Part shown: positions 15,704 through 32,682 of the stretch, piece by piece
Numbering within the stretch: position 1 is the stretch's first letter
Layout of the letters: the number at the start of each line of letters is the position of its first letter
Translations under genes and position numbers: made by a program
Notes under the pieces: model-generated
The model's input: the letters and a program-made list of their open reading frames with translations, nothing else
What the model was told of the DNA's origin: nothing
Database searches by the model: none
Assembly (NCBI RefSeq): GCF_009914755.1
Contig: NC_060947.1
Length of the DNA: 64,000 nt
Source: the human T2T-CHM13v2.0 reference genome, Homo sapiens
Reading direction: 5' to 3' (one strand)

Positions 15704-16354
15704 AGTGTTCCTCATTTCTTCCTGAGGCAGAATTAATTCCTTATTTTAGTATGTCCTTATAACACTTGATGCATAGTTTTCTTGTAATATTTATCACATT
15801 TTGTCATAATTAATTGTTTATCTCTGTTTGCCATGGTAGACTGTAAGCTCCTTGAGGGCAGGAATCATGTCTTAGTCTTATTCATCTTTTTTTTTTTTTT
15901 TTTTTTAACATCCATAGGACACAGTAGAAGCCTGTCACGTAGTAGGCATTGTGTGAGTGAGTGCGCGCATGCCTGGTACACATTAGGTACTGAATGAATG
16001 AGGGAGTGATGATGGGTAAAATTAGCATTATATATTGATGAAAATATATGTTTTCTGAAAATGTCATTTTTTTGGTCTCTGTTTTATGTTTGTTTATTAA
16101 TTTGTACCCTGCCTACTTTCAAAAAGGATTTGAGGTATCTTGTATGTTCCCATGTGGGAAATTCTCATTGAACCTTGTATATGGGATATCAGAACTATAA
16201 AGCTAAATGTACTGAAGTAATGTAGAATAAACATAACTCCTTAGCATTTTTAGACAAGTAAACATTGGGTTTTGATATCATTGATGACATAATCAATGCC
16301 TAATCATTCTCCCTGACCTTTAATTCCATCATTTTCCATTATACTTGAATATAG

Positions 16355-16594
<240 letters not shown>

Positions 16595-17338
16595 TAGATC
16601 TTTTGAAAATTATGTTGGATATTTATTAGAGTAGAGAAATACTTACCAAGAGAAGTAAGTTTTGCAAAAATATTAAAATAGTTGCCAGGGGTTTAGATAT
16701 ATGGGAAGGGATTTAGAAGAGAGTAAGGTTGGTGAAGGTGGTAGATCCTAGATTAAGATGATAACAATTGTCTGTTTGTTTCTGAGATTAATTTAGGAAT
16801 ATATAGGTTTAAAGGGTATATTTTGATTAATACTAATTTGACTATGAAAATCAATTTTTATTTAATTATGCATTTTAAAAAATATGAGTTAGTATAAAAG
16901 TATACCATTATCAAAACAATATATTAATACTACTTGTTGAGACAAATTCCGTATCAGATAATGAAGTAAAATTACTTAAACTTGGAAGGAAATTAAATAC
17001 AGGTAGGAGTGTATTCTTTATTAATAATTAAATATGTGGTTAGGGTTGATCATATACAAAATGGTTTTACATATTTCATCTTGCTACATATCTCATTAAA
17101 CTTTGTGAAGTAGGTTGAAAGGATTGAGGATATTGAAGCTTACTCTCTCCAAAGAGGCAAAACTAGCAAACAGTAAAGTTGATACTTATAAGTCCAGTCT
17201 TATGATTCTTTTTAGTATATTGTGTATTCTTCTTAAATAATTAAATTTTTAGAATGGTATAATTTGGTGCCTCGAAAGGAATATGATTTTTAAAGTAAAA
17301 TGAAAAGTGAGTTTTCCGGTTTTTGTCTCTTAGGATAA

Positions 17339-17639
<301 letters not shown>

Positions 17640-17785
17640 TGATAATTTTCCATGAGTTTTTAAAATATTGTGTCAGGTACACTTGGAATCACATAGACCA
17701 TGTGAAGAACTTGGATATTTTCAGTTACTATCTGGTTTGTAGATATAGCTAAACTAATGTCAACTTATTTCCTTTTTTCCTTTAG

Positions 17786-17875
<90 letters not shown>

Positions 17876-19298
17876 TAAATGTACCCTAGGATTGCAAAAT
17901 CAGAAGTATAGGCAGTCTCTCAGTTTGAGGTTGAAGACCTGGGGCAGCATACTGAGAATAGATGAAAACAGCTGGATGTGAGAAAAAGAGGCAGGCAGGC
18001 AGGATTTCAGTGGGAGGGGAAGAGAGTGCTGCAATAGTGTTGACAGATTAGAAAAGTACTTTTGAATCCTGGCTGACTGGGACTTGAATATTAAGGAATT
18101 TGGACTGTTCTTCCAGGTTTGTACTGTTCTTCAATGGGTTGCCCATTGAAAGATTTTAAATAAGGTAATGGCATGATCAGAATTGTGTTTCAGAAAGATT
18201 TCCTTGACATTTATGGATGGGACAGGATGAATGAGGGGCGTCATATAAAGGCATGGTGAAAAATAATGAGAACTTGAACAAAGGCTTTGATAATGAAGAG
18301 AAGGGTATCTAGCTATCTAGGATGAGAGTCAGTTACCACTCCCACCATCCTTAATTGGTTATTATTGGGTTTTGTCAGTTATTTTTCTTAAGTACCTCTT
18401 ATATCAGTCCCCTGTGCCATATTCTCCTTGACAGTGCCTTGATTCGGGTCCTCCTCAGTTTTCACATGGGCTGTTGCAAAGCCTTTAAGCTGATATTGCA
18501 GTCCCACTGCTCCTTTATGCCTCTTGTGGGGTCATCTTTCTAAAAATGCAGATCTGATATTCTCACTTATCGTTCTAAGTCTTTTATTGATTTTTTTCCC
18601 CCCCATTGCCATTAGGAAGAAAATTCTAGCTCCTCAGCCTCGCAAACAAAGCCTTTTATGATCTGGTTCCCTTGCCATCTTAACCTTGGCCTTTTCCTTA
18701 CATGTATTCTATGCTCTAGCCATATCAAATCTTGTAGTTCCACTCAGATACACTATGCTCTTTCCTGACTCCATAACTTTGTATAAGCTTTTTTCTGCCA
18801 GAAATTCCCCTTTATTTTTCCTCCTAGTAAAGTCTTTCTTTGATACTAATTCTGACATTACCTGTGGAATTTTTGCTGACTTCCACAGATTTTTTTTTCT
18901 CTCCTTCTTTAACTGTTTGTACACACTTTATTGTAATAATTACCAGACTTGTGTAGTGAGATAGGATATTACATGCCCTGGTCCTTCACTAGACTGAACT
19001 CCCTGAGGCAGTGATGATGTTATTCATTCTTAGTTCTGCCCAGCACAATAGATATTTAGTTTTGTCAAATGAATAAATCATTTAAATGCCCTGCCATCTC
19101 CCTTTTTAGAATCTACCCATTTTATGTTCCTTGTTCCTCACACCTACTGCCTCAGGTGACGGTTATACCATCCTCAAAGGCCTGCCTTCTATGTACAATT
19201 TCTACCATTCCCACCTTGCCCTCTCCTACCTCATAATCTGCTTTCAGATAGCTTTTAGAACTATTTTGACAAACTAATTCACACTAACATGTTTACTA

Positions 19299-19643
<345 letters not shown>

Positions 19644-21068
19644 TTAAGTGTGGCCTGAGATTCTGCACTGCTAACAAATGCTGTCAGTGCTTCAGGTCTG
19701 CAAACCATACTTTGAGTAGCAAGACTTTATAGTACCTAATGACCTGTTGCACTCATAAGTCTATAGTTTAACTGCACACTGAAGTTTATGGTTTTCTTGA
19801 TAATTAATCTAACAGTATGTATCATCTTAGTTTGTTAAATAAAACATGGAGGTAGTGATTGTGATGAGGGGTAAAGGAATATTTTCAAGCAGGTGCGATG
19901 AAATGCATTTATTCAACAATTTATTACATCAGAAGTTGGTGCTAAAGCGAATAAGACACTCCCTGTCCTTAAGGAATTCATATTCTAGTGCACCTTGACT
20001 ATCACTTTGAAATGAAAAGTATGGAAGGTAGTAGCTGAGAGTTTGGGTGACAGACACTGTGCTAGGTATGATTTATTTTGATCCTCTCAGCAACCGTGTG
20101 AGAAAGGTAATGGGAATTTCCACTTTCATACCATAGCAAGCTGAGACTGAAGAGATCATTTAGTGACTTTGCTCAGTTATACAGTTAGCAAGTGTCCGAG
20201 TAGTAATTTGATGCCAGTTCCTTTTGATTTAATAATCTCATGCTGTCTTCTACTGTTGTGCTTCCCAAAACTAAAATCCCCATTTGGATGAGAACACCAA
20301 CAAAAGTAATTAAGAAATCGAAATGGTTAACTGTGATCAAAATTAATATGGGCAGTTAGGATCACCATTTTTTAATGTATTTGTCTAATGTCAGGAGAAC
20401 TTTTAACATTCGTTTTCTTAGTTACATACTAGATTTGCAAAAAGGTGTTCTTCAGATTACTAAAATAATGAAACAGCAATATTAACTATGTGTATCTATT
20501 TTTGACATTTAACATTTAGAGAAAAATAGGGGCCTAATAGTCATTTTTTATTTATAGTGATTTTATAGCATTCTCATGTATATTGAATGTTACAACTGAG
20601 GGGCTTTTATTTATTCTTAATTTGATAATAGTTTAGCTGCTTCTGCTACAAAAATTAGGAAAATTAGCACATGTACTTATAACTGTAGTTTTATAGCATT
20701 ACCACATGATGGCAGCAGTCACATAACTGAATGCTCAGTAATCTTTAAAGGCTTAGGTGTCTTTAGAAGTCTTTGACCATGTAATTTTTTTTTTAAAGTT
20801 AACAGTTTATTTTTTAAATATACACTAAACTATACTCCATACTGTCTTAACCATAACTTAAGAAATGGAATAATGGAAAATTTTGAATGTCAAATTCTGT
20901 TTGCCTTTATACAATACCCCACATCTGTTCTTACTGAAGCCCATAATACCGGAGTCATCTAAACAGTAGCAAAATTGGGATTTAAATTCTTTAATGTCCA
21001 GTTCTGAGATTCTCCAATTCTAAGGGAAGTAACTCAAAGCACCCTAATGTAGACACTTCAGTTTGTTA

Positions 21069-21217
21069 CTAAATAAATTGTAAAAATATCTTTTTAAACA
21101 CTTAATTTTTAAACATGATTTTCTAAATAAATCATAAAAAATATCTTTTTAAACACTTAATTTTTAAACAAGATTTTCTAAATAAATCGTAAAAATATCT
21201 TTTTAAACATGATTTTC
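21069..21217. repeat. AT-rich ~54-bp tandem repeat, ~2.7 copies
   Basis: CTAAATAAAT..TAAAAATATCTTTTTAAACA repeated three times. Confidence 0.92.
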
Positions 21218-22990
21218 ACATTATCCAGGAGTGGTAATATAAAAACTCTGAACATATTTTGTGTTGCATATACATAAAATTCTAGATTTATGGTGTAGCT
21301 GGTTTTATATTTGGACACAAAATTGGTTTATACCATTTTGATAACAGTTGTTTTCTGCCAGAATTGCCAAAATACACTGAAGTTTGATATTAAATATGTT
21401 TAAGTATTTATTAATGTTAACATCAGAAACAGGCAGAGTTTGTGTTGGCACAGAAAAGAAAGTGTCACTACTCTCATTCTCTTGTGTTGAGATTCTCTTA
21501 TTAGAATTATTTATAGTATAAAATTGGTAAAGAAGGGCTCCATGTAATGGAGCTAATTTAATGTTCTAGTAAGAGAATCTACTTATAACCTAGTCTGTAC
21601 AAAACAAAAAGAATCTCAAGTGTTTGGGTGCTTTCTAGTCAGGCACTCTGTTTGGAAAGAACTTGAGTTCGTCTTCATCCCATACTCAATACTAAATTGC
21701 TAATTAAGATTTTGTACTTTCATTCATCATCAGACCTTTTCTACCGAGATTCATAGAGTGTTATGGTAAGAATTGGCCTTTAAACATTATCTCGGTCTTT
21801 TTGGTGGAAACGTTCTAACCACCCAAACTCTGACTTGAACCAAAAAAGGAGAACCCTGAAGCATGCGGGAAGGGGAGAGGACAAGGGATTAGTAGTGTGG
21901 TAGTTACTGTGAATGGACAGGTAAGAAATTGGGTGCACGAGTCCTCTTTGTTTTCATTACTTGGGATTCCAAACACTACTTGATAATTCATTAGAAAGAG
22001 GCTGCAATCAGATACTTGTTTCTGGATCTGCAAATACACAGTTTCTTCAGCTCAAAACAATACATGAGTTCTATGACTTTTGTTCATAGAACTTATAAGA
22101 GATTTAACTTACAAGTAAGAGCTCTTTGTAATATTTCAGCTCATTACATCTGGCTTTGATATCAGTTCTTAATAGCTTATTATAGTATTCTAAAATATTA
22201 CTTAATGGGCATAAGTGCTAGAATTTTAATTGAACAACCTAACTTTTAGTATATATACTAAGAGTCACATGCCATTCTTGTTTAGTGAACAAGGGAGAGT
22301 TGCTCCATTCATCATCTGCTTTTACTTTTAGACAAGTAATTATTAGATTTTACCTAACATTCCTTTCTCAGTTGGAGTATATAGAAAGCATCAATGTAAG
22401 TCATTTTGCCCAGATTTTACCTTACCCTTTTGATTTCTTAAAATTTGTAGTTCTGTTCCATTCACTTTGGCCAGATTTTCTAAAGAAAGCTTCTTGCTTT
22501 CTACATACTTGAATTGTTCTTAGATTTTTTTTGGTCTGCATACTCAAATGCCTTTTTGAAAAACCATATCCACTTCCCAGCACAAATAGCCAAGTTTGCA
22601 AGACTTTCTTAACCCCTTTCCAAGGAACCTGTGCCAGAAATATATGTGAAGAAGCACATTCATTTATTCATTTAACAAATACCTATGTTGAGTGCCTATG
22701 TTTAGGGTATTATCTAGACATTAGTGGTACATATAAGCATAATTAATCCAAGGTTCCTACTTTAATTATATGTGAGGTAAGTAGCATCTTGATTAGTCCT
22801 GATGTTATTTCATTATATATCATGGTCAATTTAATTTTAGAATTATACATCTGAAGAGAGGGGAAGTTTTCAAAGTGGTTTTATTAGCATGTTATTTAAC
22901 ATAATAAAGTATTAATGTAATATTTATGGATATATTTAAAGAAATGAATGACTTTTAACGAGATTTTCTCCCCTCTCTCTCTCTCATTAG

Positions 22991-23014
22991 GTTCTTGGAG
23001 TGTCAATGTTTTAA
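22991..23014 (+). CDS. STAG2: STAG2 terminal coding segment VLGVSMF-stop
   Basis: (CT)n tract + TAG ending 22990; TAA at 23012-23014; known SA-2 C-terminus. Confidence 0.95.
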   Translation, partial: VLGVSMF

Positions 23015-25070
23015 TACCAGTACACAATTAAATCTGTGGTGAAGTCATTTTCTAAGTGGAAGAGGAAATTTTAAAGTGTGGTAGATACAGTGAAATTCTG
23101 TACAGATTTTTCTCTAAGGAGAATATGACATGCTTATGCTTACCAAGATCAAGTGCATTGAGGGGCAGTTTTGTTTGCCTGAATAAACGTAAAGGACAAG
23201 TAAACAATTTGATGATAAGCTACAGTTTTTCTTAGAAAGTAAATATTTTATTTATGCGCTGTTAGTTGGCTTTTGAATCGATTATTTCATGCTTTTTTTT
23301 AAAAAAAAAAAAAAACAAAATAACAATCTGAAGAGGCATTTGGTACAGATATGAATTCTCTTACATTTATTTACTGGTTGTACTAAATAATGATGACCTC
23401 TGCTGGATTTCTGTTTACATCCAGAAAACAATGTTAAGGATGTATTTATTCCCCTACCCTGAAGAAAGTGTAGGATAGAATTGTTTTTAGCATTCTAAAT
23501 TTAAATGCTTAAAACGTCAATCAACAAAACTTTGTTTTAAATATTGTAATTGTGGAGAAAAGTAAACTTATAAGCAGAACTTTTACAATTTTTTCATCTA
23601 AAAGTATTTTAAGATATTTTTAAAATCCAAGAGCTTCTCTATACTTTTCAGAAATATCCAGATGCAGTGAACTGCCAGAAGGTAACCAGTCTCAAACATG
23701 CTTATCCCATTATCAACCCTGAAAGTTTGCTTGTCCTTTAAGATAAAAATGTAATGTTGTGATATTCCTTCCAGTAATGCCACTGTATTTTGTCTCCAAA
23801 TAAAAGAAGCTTATTGTAGTATGTTTGCAGAAAAATTCTAAACAAAAATTATACAGCTTATTAGAGTGTGGGAATAGGGATCTAAATTTTAAATAAAATT
23901 ATATATATATATAAATTGGTGCTGATTTTATAATTGCGCAGTTTGTTTAGTTTTTTCTTACTTTTAAATTCCAACTTAAAATTATGAGGTTTCAGAAATA
24001 TATTGAAAGTTTAACAATGTTTAAAAATAGAAAAGCATGAGTGTTCATGCTTTAAAATGATTTTTAAATTTGTATTTTATATTGTTTTATCTATCTGTCT
24101 TTGCAAGCAGTCTTCAGGTTAAAGATACTTCTAACAGGTTACAGTACATTTCCTCTGTATGTAAATTAGATGGGATAATAGAATTCATAACCCATAATAT
24201 TCTTTGAAAGCTAAGCTTTAAACTTCATTTTATGTCCTTTCACAAATAAATTAGTTTAAAACAGAAAGTGGCTACTTGCCATTTTGACATCAACTCATTT
24301 TGCGAGGCTTAGGCAGCTAGACATCGTTTAAAACAAAATATTAACTTATATTACATGTGTATCTATCTATTGTCAGTCGTCTCTCAGTTCTTGAGGTATA
24401 TTATTTTAATCATTCCATGCCTTAATATGCTTGCAATACAAGAATATCTTCAGATGGGTGAATACCAAAAGGCTTTCAGTTTTTAGTCAGAAATCAAGCA
24501 TTGGGCTGTGGTAGCCAAAAACCATAGGTTAGCTAAAAAGATCATGATACAATTATTTTATTAAGTCATGGTTAATAACAAATGAATCCAGACTTGTCTA
24601 ACAGATTTTCCATCAACAAATATTGTTATGTGCAAAAGTATTGCCTATGTTGTTTTACACACCACTGCATTAACTAGAACTGCTGAGAGGACTGTATATA
24701 TGATTTTAAACCTAAGTTGATTTTTTTTCTCACTCTTGAAAGGAGTACTTCTTTGTGAAAGCAGTTCTTACAGCTTTGTTTTCAACCAGCTAAAAATGTT
24801 TTATATATTACTCTAACCTGTTGTCCTCCACATTCTATTGTCCTAATTGTACTGTTTTCTGATTTGTATTTATGTCTTGAGACAGTAACTTTTTGAATAA
24901 AAATAAACCTACAGTATGTTGTATGTTTTCTCTTGTACTCAAAGGGGGAGGGTGGCTATAAATGGTTTGCAAATTTATATCTATTATCACATCTTTTAAT
25001 GTGTTTGGGGAATAATTTATAGAGAATACCATCAGTTTATATTTTTAATAAATCATATGTATTTACAATG
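23015..25070 (+). other. STAG2: STAG2 3' UTR (~2.05 kb, AT-rich, no recognisable interspersed repeats)
   Basis: Follows the stop codon; ends ~20 nt after the last AATAAA (25047-25052); 3' end approximate. Confidence 0.85.
25047..25052 (+). terminator. Probable distal polyadenylation signal of STAG2
   Basis: AATAAA preceded by U-rich sequence; other AATAAA at 23182, 23799, 23892, 24245, 24896 and 24902. Confidence 0.7.
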
Positions 25071-25748
25071 AAACCAAATCCCTAATTGGATTATTACTTT
25101 AAAATAGGAACCTGTAACCATTATTGCTTTAATTTTCATCTGGTATGAGTTAAACACATTTACAAATGTTTACATTGTTTATACAGGGTACATTTGAGTG
25201 CCTACTGTGTGCTAGCATGTGTTAAGAGATCTCTCCTTCATAGATCCATTGGGGAAAACAAAATAATGAAACTTGTAATAAATGCCAGGAAGGAAACAAG
25301 CAGGATATGCTGAGGTAGAGAATGAGAGAGAGACAGTAAGAGAGAAACCTGCCTTAAATAAGGGGCTCATGGCATGGAGGTAAAACCATTTGAAAAAGAA
25401 TTTACTAATTGAATTCTTATTGAAAACTCATCAAAGAAAGTGTTAAGATTTGCATTGTACTCTTTAAGAGATTCATGTCAGTGTAACACTAGCACATTGT
25501 TCATTTGGGCTAGTTTGTATATCAGAATTGTCTTCTGTCATTAGTGATTCAGAACTGAACATATAAAATGATAGCTAAAACAGCTGCGTGCTGTTTTAAG
25601 TAGTTTACATGTAATAACTCATTAAGCCTCATGACAAGAGTTGATAATGCTATCATTCCCCCACCCTCTGCCACCAATTTTTTTTTTTTTTTTTAACAAA
25701 TCAGAAGAAGGTGAGAATGAGGTACAAAGAAGTTTAAATACCTTAGAC

Positions 25749-26067
25749 CAGGGGTACCAGAACGTGGCCTGTTAGGGACTGGGCCGCACAGCAGGAGGTG
25801 AGTGGCAGCCTAGTGAGCAAGCATTAACCACCTGAGCTTTCCTACTGTCAGAGCAGCCGTGGCATTAGATTCTCATAGGAGCGCGAACCCTAAAGTGAAC
25901 TGCACGTGCAAAGGATCTAGGTTGAGCATTCCTTATGAGAATGCTTGATGATCTGAGGTGCAACAGTTTCATCCTGAGCCCCCCTTCCCACCCTGCCCCC
26001 AAAGTCTATGGAAAAAATTTTATTCCATGAAACTGGCCGCTGGTGCCAGGAAGGTTGGATACTGATA
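25749..26067. mobile_element. MER1B-like hAT-Charlie non-autonomous element
   Basis: CAGGGGT start, GGCATTAGATTCTCATAGGAGCGCGAACCC core; CCTTAGAC at 25741-25748 and 26068-26075. Confidence 0.85.
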
Positions 26068-27049
26068 CCTTAGACAAGGTTATATGGCTAGTAAATAATG
26101 GAGTTGGTATTCCAGCCCAGGCAGTCTGGCTGCATTAAGTCCTAGAAAGCATTGAAACTATTTGATAGATAAGGGAAATATTCATAATTGCATACACATA
26201 AAATGGTACATTGTTCATTGTGCCATAGTGCATCTATCTACTTAGAGTTCAGCTGGTTATAGAGTTGGTAGGTGTAAATAAATAATTGTCCTTAATATGC
26301 TACCTAACCGGCTTTCATAAAGAAGATGTAAGTTGAATCTGAGTCCTGAGCTTATCAGTGGTTTAGTTAATAAAGCTGAGAGACTGGGGAAGATGAGTAG
26401 GATAATTGAAATGTCTTCAATATTCTGCCACAAAGGGAACTTTAAGGGGTCACGTGGTTGAATACAGATCAGACAGACTATTCTGGTGGCTGTAATGATC
26501 CAGCAAAAGAAAATGATTCGATAAAGCACCATGCCTTTGGTTATGAGGAAACTCGGTGTTGAAGTCCACTAAATAAATGTCACTTCAGGTCAACAAATTA
26601 TTGATTGATGTGTGCCTGGCCTAGTGCTAGCTGGTGAGAAGGCAAAGACCAACAAGACAGGTTTTGTGCTTACAGTTCTGCTGGGGGTTAGGATGCAGGT
26701 GCCAAAAGAATAAAATGAAGTAAGTTCAGTGTTTTTACTGTGTGTTAGGGGAGCACAGACGAGGGGCGCAAACAGTGGATGTGCTCAGGGAGCCTTCCTA
26801 TAAGGCTGATGCTAGAATTCTCCCCTGCAACATTTTTATTTATTTATTTTTTATTATACTTTTAAGTTTTAGGGTACATGTGCACAATGTGCAGGTTTGT
26901 TACATATGTATACATGTGCCATGTTGGCATGCTGCACCCATTAACTCGTCATTTAACATTAGGTGTATCTCCTAATGCTATCCCACCCCACAACAGGCCC
27001 CGGTGTGTGATGTTCCCTTTCCTGTGTCCACGTGTTCTCATTGTTCCAA

Positions 27050-30859
<3,810 letters not shown>

Positions 30860-31144
30860 TATGATGTTAGCTGGTTATTTTGCTCATTAGTTGATGCAGT
30901 TTCTTCCTAGCCTCAATGGTCTTTACAATTTAGCATGATTTTGCAGTGGCTGGTACCGGTTCCTTTCCATGTTTAGTGCTTCCTTCAGGAGCTCTTTTAG
31001 GGCAGGCCTGGTGGTGACAAAATCTCTCAGCATTTGCTTGTCTGTAAAGTATTTTATTTCTCCTTCACTTATGAAGCTTAGTTTGGCTGGATATGAAATT
31101 CTGGGTTGAAAATTCTTTTCTTTAAGAACGTTGAATATCAGCCC

Positions 31145-31936
31145 CTACTCTCTTCTGGCTTGTAGAGTTTCTGCCAAGAGATCAGCTGTTAGTCTGATGG
31201 GCTTCCCTTTGTGGGTAACCCGACCTTTCTCTCTGGCTGCCCTTAACATTTTTTCCTTCATTTCAACTTTGGTGAATCTGACAATTATGTGTCTTGGAGT
31301 TGCTCTTCTCGAGGAGTATCTTTGTGGCGTTCTCTGTATTTCCTGAATTTGAATATTGGCCTGCCTTGCTAGACTGGGGAAGTTCTCCTGGATAATATCC
31401 TGCAGAGTGTTTTCCAACTTGGTTCCATTCTCCCCGTCACTTTCAGGTACACCAATCAGACGTAGATTTGGTCTTTTCACATAGTCCCATATTTCCTGGA
31501 GGCTTTGTTCATTTCTTTTTATTCTTTTTTCTCTAAACTTCTCTTCTCGCTTCATTTCATTCATTTGATCTTCCATCACTGATACCCTTTCTTCCAGTTG
31601 ATCGAATCGGCTACTGAGGCTTGTGCATTCGTCACATAGTTCTCGTGCTGTGGTTTTCAGCTCCAGCAGGTCCTTTAAGGACTTCTCTGCATTGATTATT
31701 CTAGTTAGCCATTCGTCTAATCTTTTCTCAAGGTTTTTAACTTCTTTTTGATGGGTTCGAACTTCCTCCTTTACCTTGGAGTAGTTTGATCGTCTGAAGC
31801 CTTCTTCTCTCAACTCATCAAAGTCATTCTCCGTCCAGCTTTGTTCCGTTGCTGGCGAGGAGCTGCATTCCTTTGGAGGAGGAGAGGTGCTCTGATTTTT
31901 AGAATTTCTAGTTTTTCTGCTCTGTTTTTTCCCCAT
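31145..31936 (-). pseudogene. L1 ORF1p, premature stop after 263 aa
   Basis: MGKKQSRKT...ETLQARRE then TAG where intact ORF1p has W. Confidence 0.95.
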
Positions 31937-32499
31937 CTTTGTGGTTTTTATCTACCTTTGGTTTTTGATGATGGTGACGTACAGATGGGGTTTTGTTGTG
32001 GATGACATTTCTGTTTGTTAGTTTTCCTTCTAACAGTCAGGACCCTCAGCTGCAGGTCTGTTGGAGTTTGCTGGAGGTCCACTCCACACCCTGTTTGCCT
32101 GGGTATCAGCAGCAGAGGCTGCAGAATGGCGGATATTGGTGAATTTGCCTGATCGTTCCTCTGGAAGTTTTGTCTCAGAGGAATACCCGGCCGTGTGAGG
32201 TGTCAGTCTACCCCTACTAGGGGGTGCCTCCCAGTTAGGGTACTTGGGGGGTCAGGGACCCACTTGAGGAGGCAGTCTGTCCGTTCTCCGATCCCAAGCT
32301 GCGTGCTGGGAGAACCACTACTCTCTTTGAAGCTGTCAGACAGGGACATTTAAGTCTGCAGAGGTTTCTGCTGCCTTTTGTTTGGCTATGCCCTGCCCCC
32401 AGAGGTGGAGTCTACAGAGGCAGGCAGGCCTCCTTGAGCTGTGGTGGGCTCCACCCAGTTCAAGCTTCCCAGCCACTCTGTTTACCTACTCAAGGGGCA

Positions 32500-32682
32500 A
32501 TGGCGGGCACCCCTCCCCCAGCCTCGCTGCCGCCTTGCAGTTTGATCTCAGACTGCTGTGCTAGCAATGAGCGAGGCTCTGTGGGCATAGGACCCTCTGA
32601 GCCATGCGCGGGATATAATCTCCTGGTGTGCCGTTTGCTAAGACCATTGGAAAAGCACAGTATTAGGGTGGGAGTGACCTGA
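32500..32682 (+). pseudogene. L1 antisense ORF0 homologue, 60 aa (truncated)
   Basis: MAGTPPPASLPPCSLISDCCASNERGSVGIGPSEP...IRVGVT* matches primate ORF0. Confidence 0.85.

Noticed and set aside
21069-21217. Possible CRISPR-like repeat array
   Set aside because: Contiguous tandem copies with no unique spacers, in primate DNA
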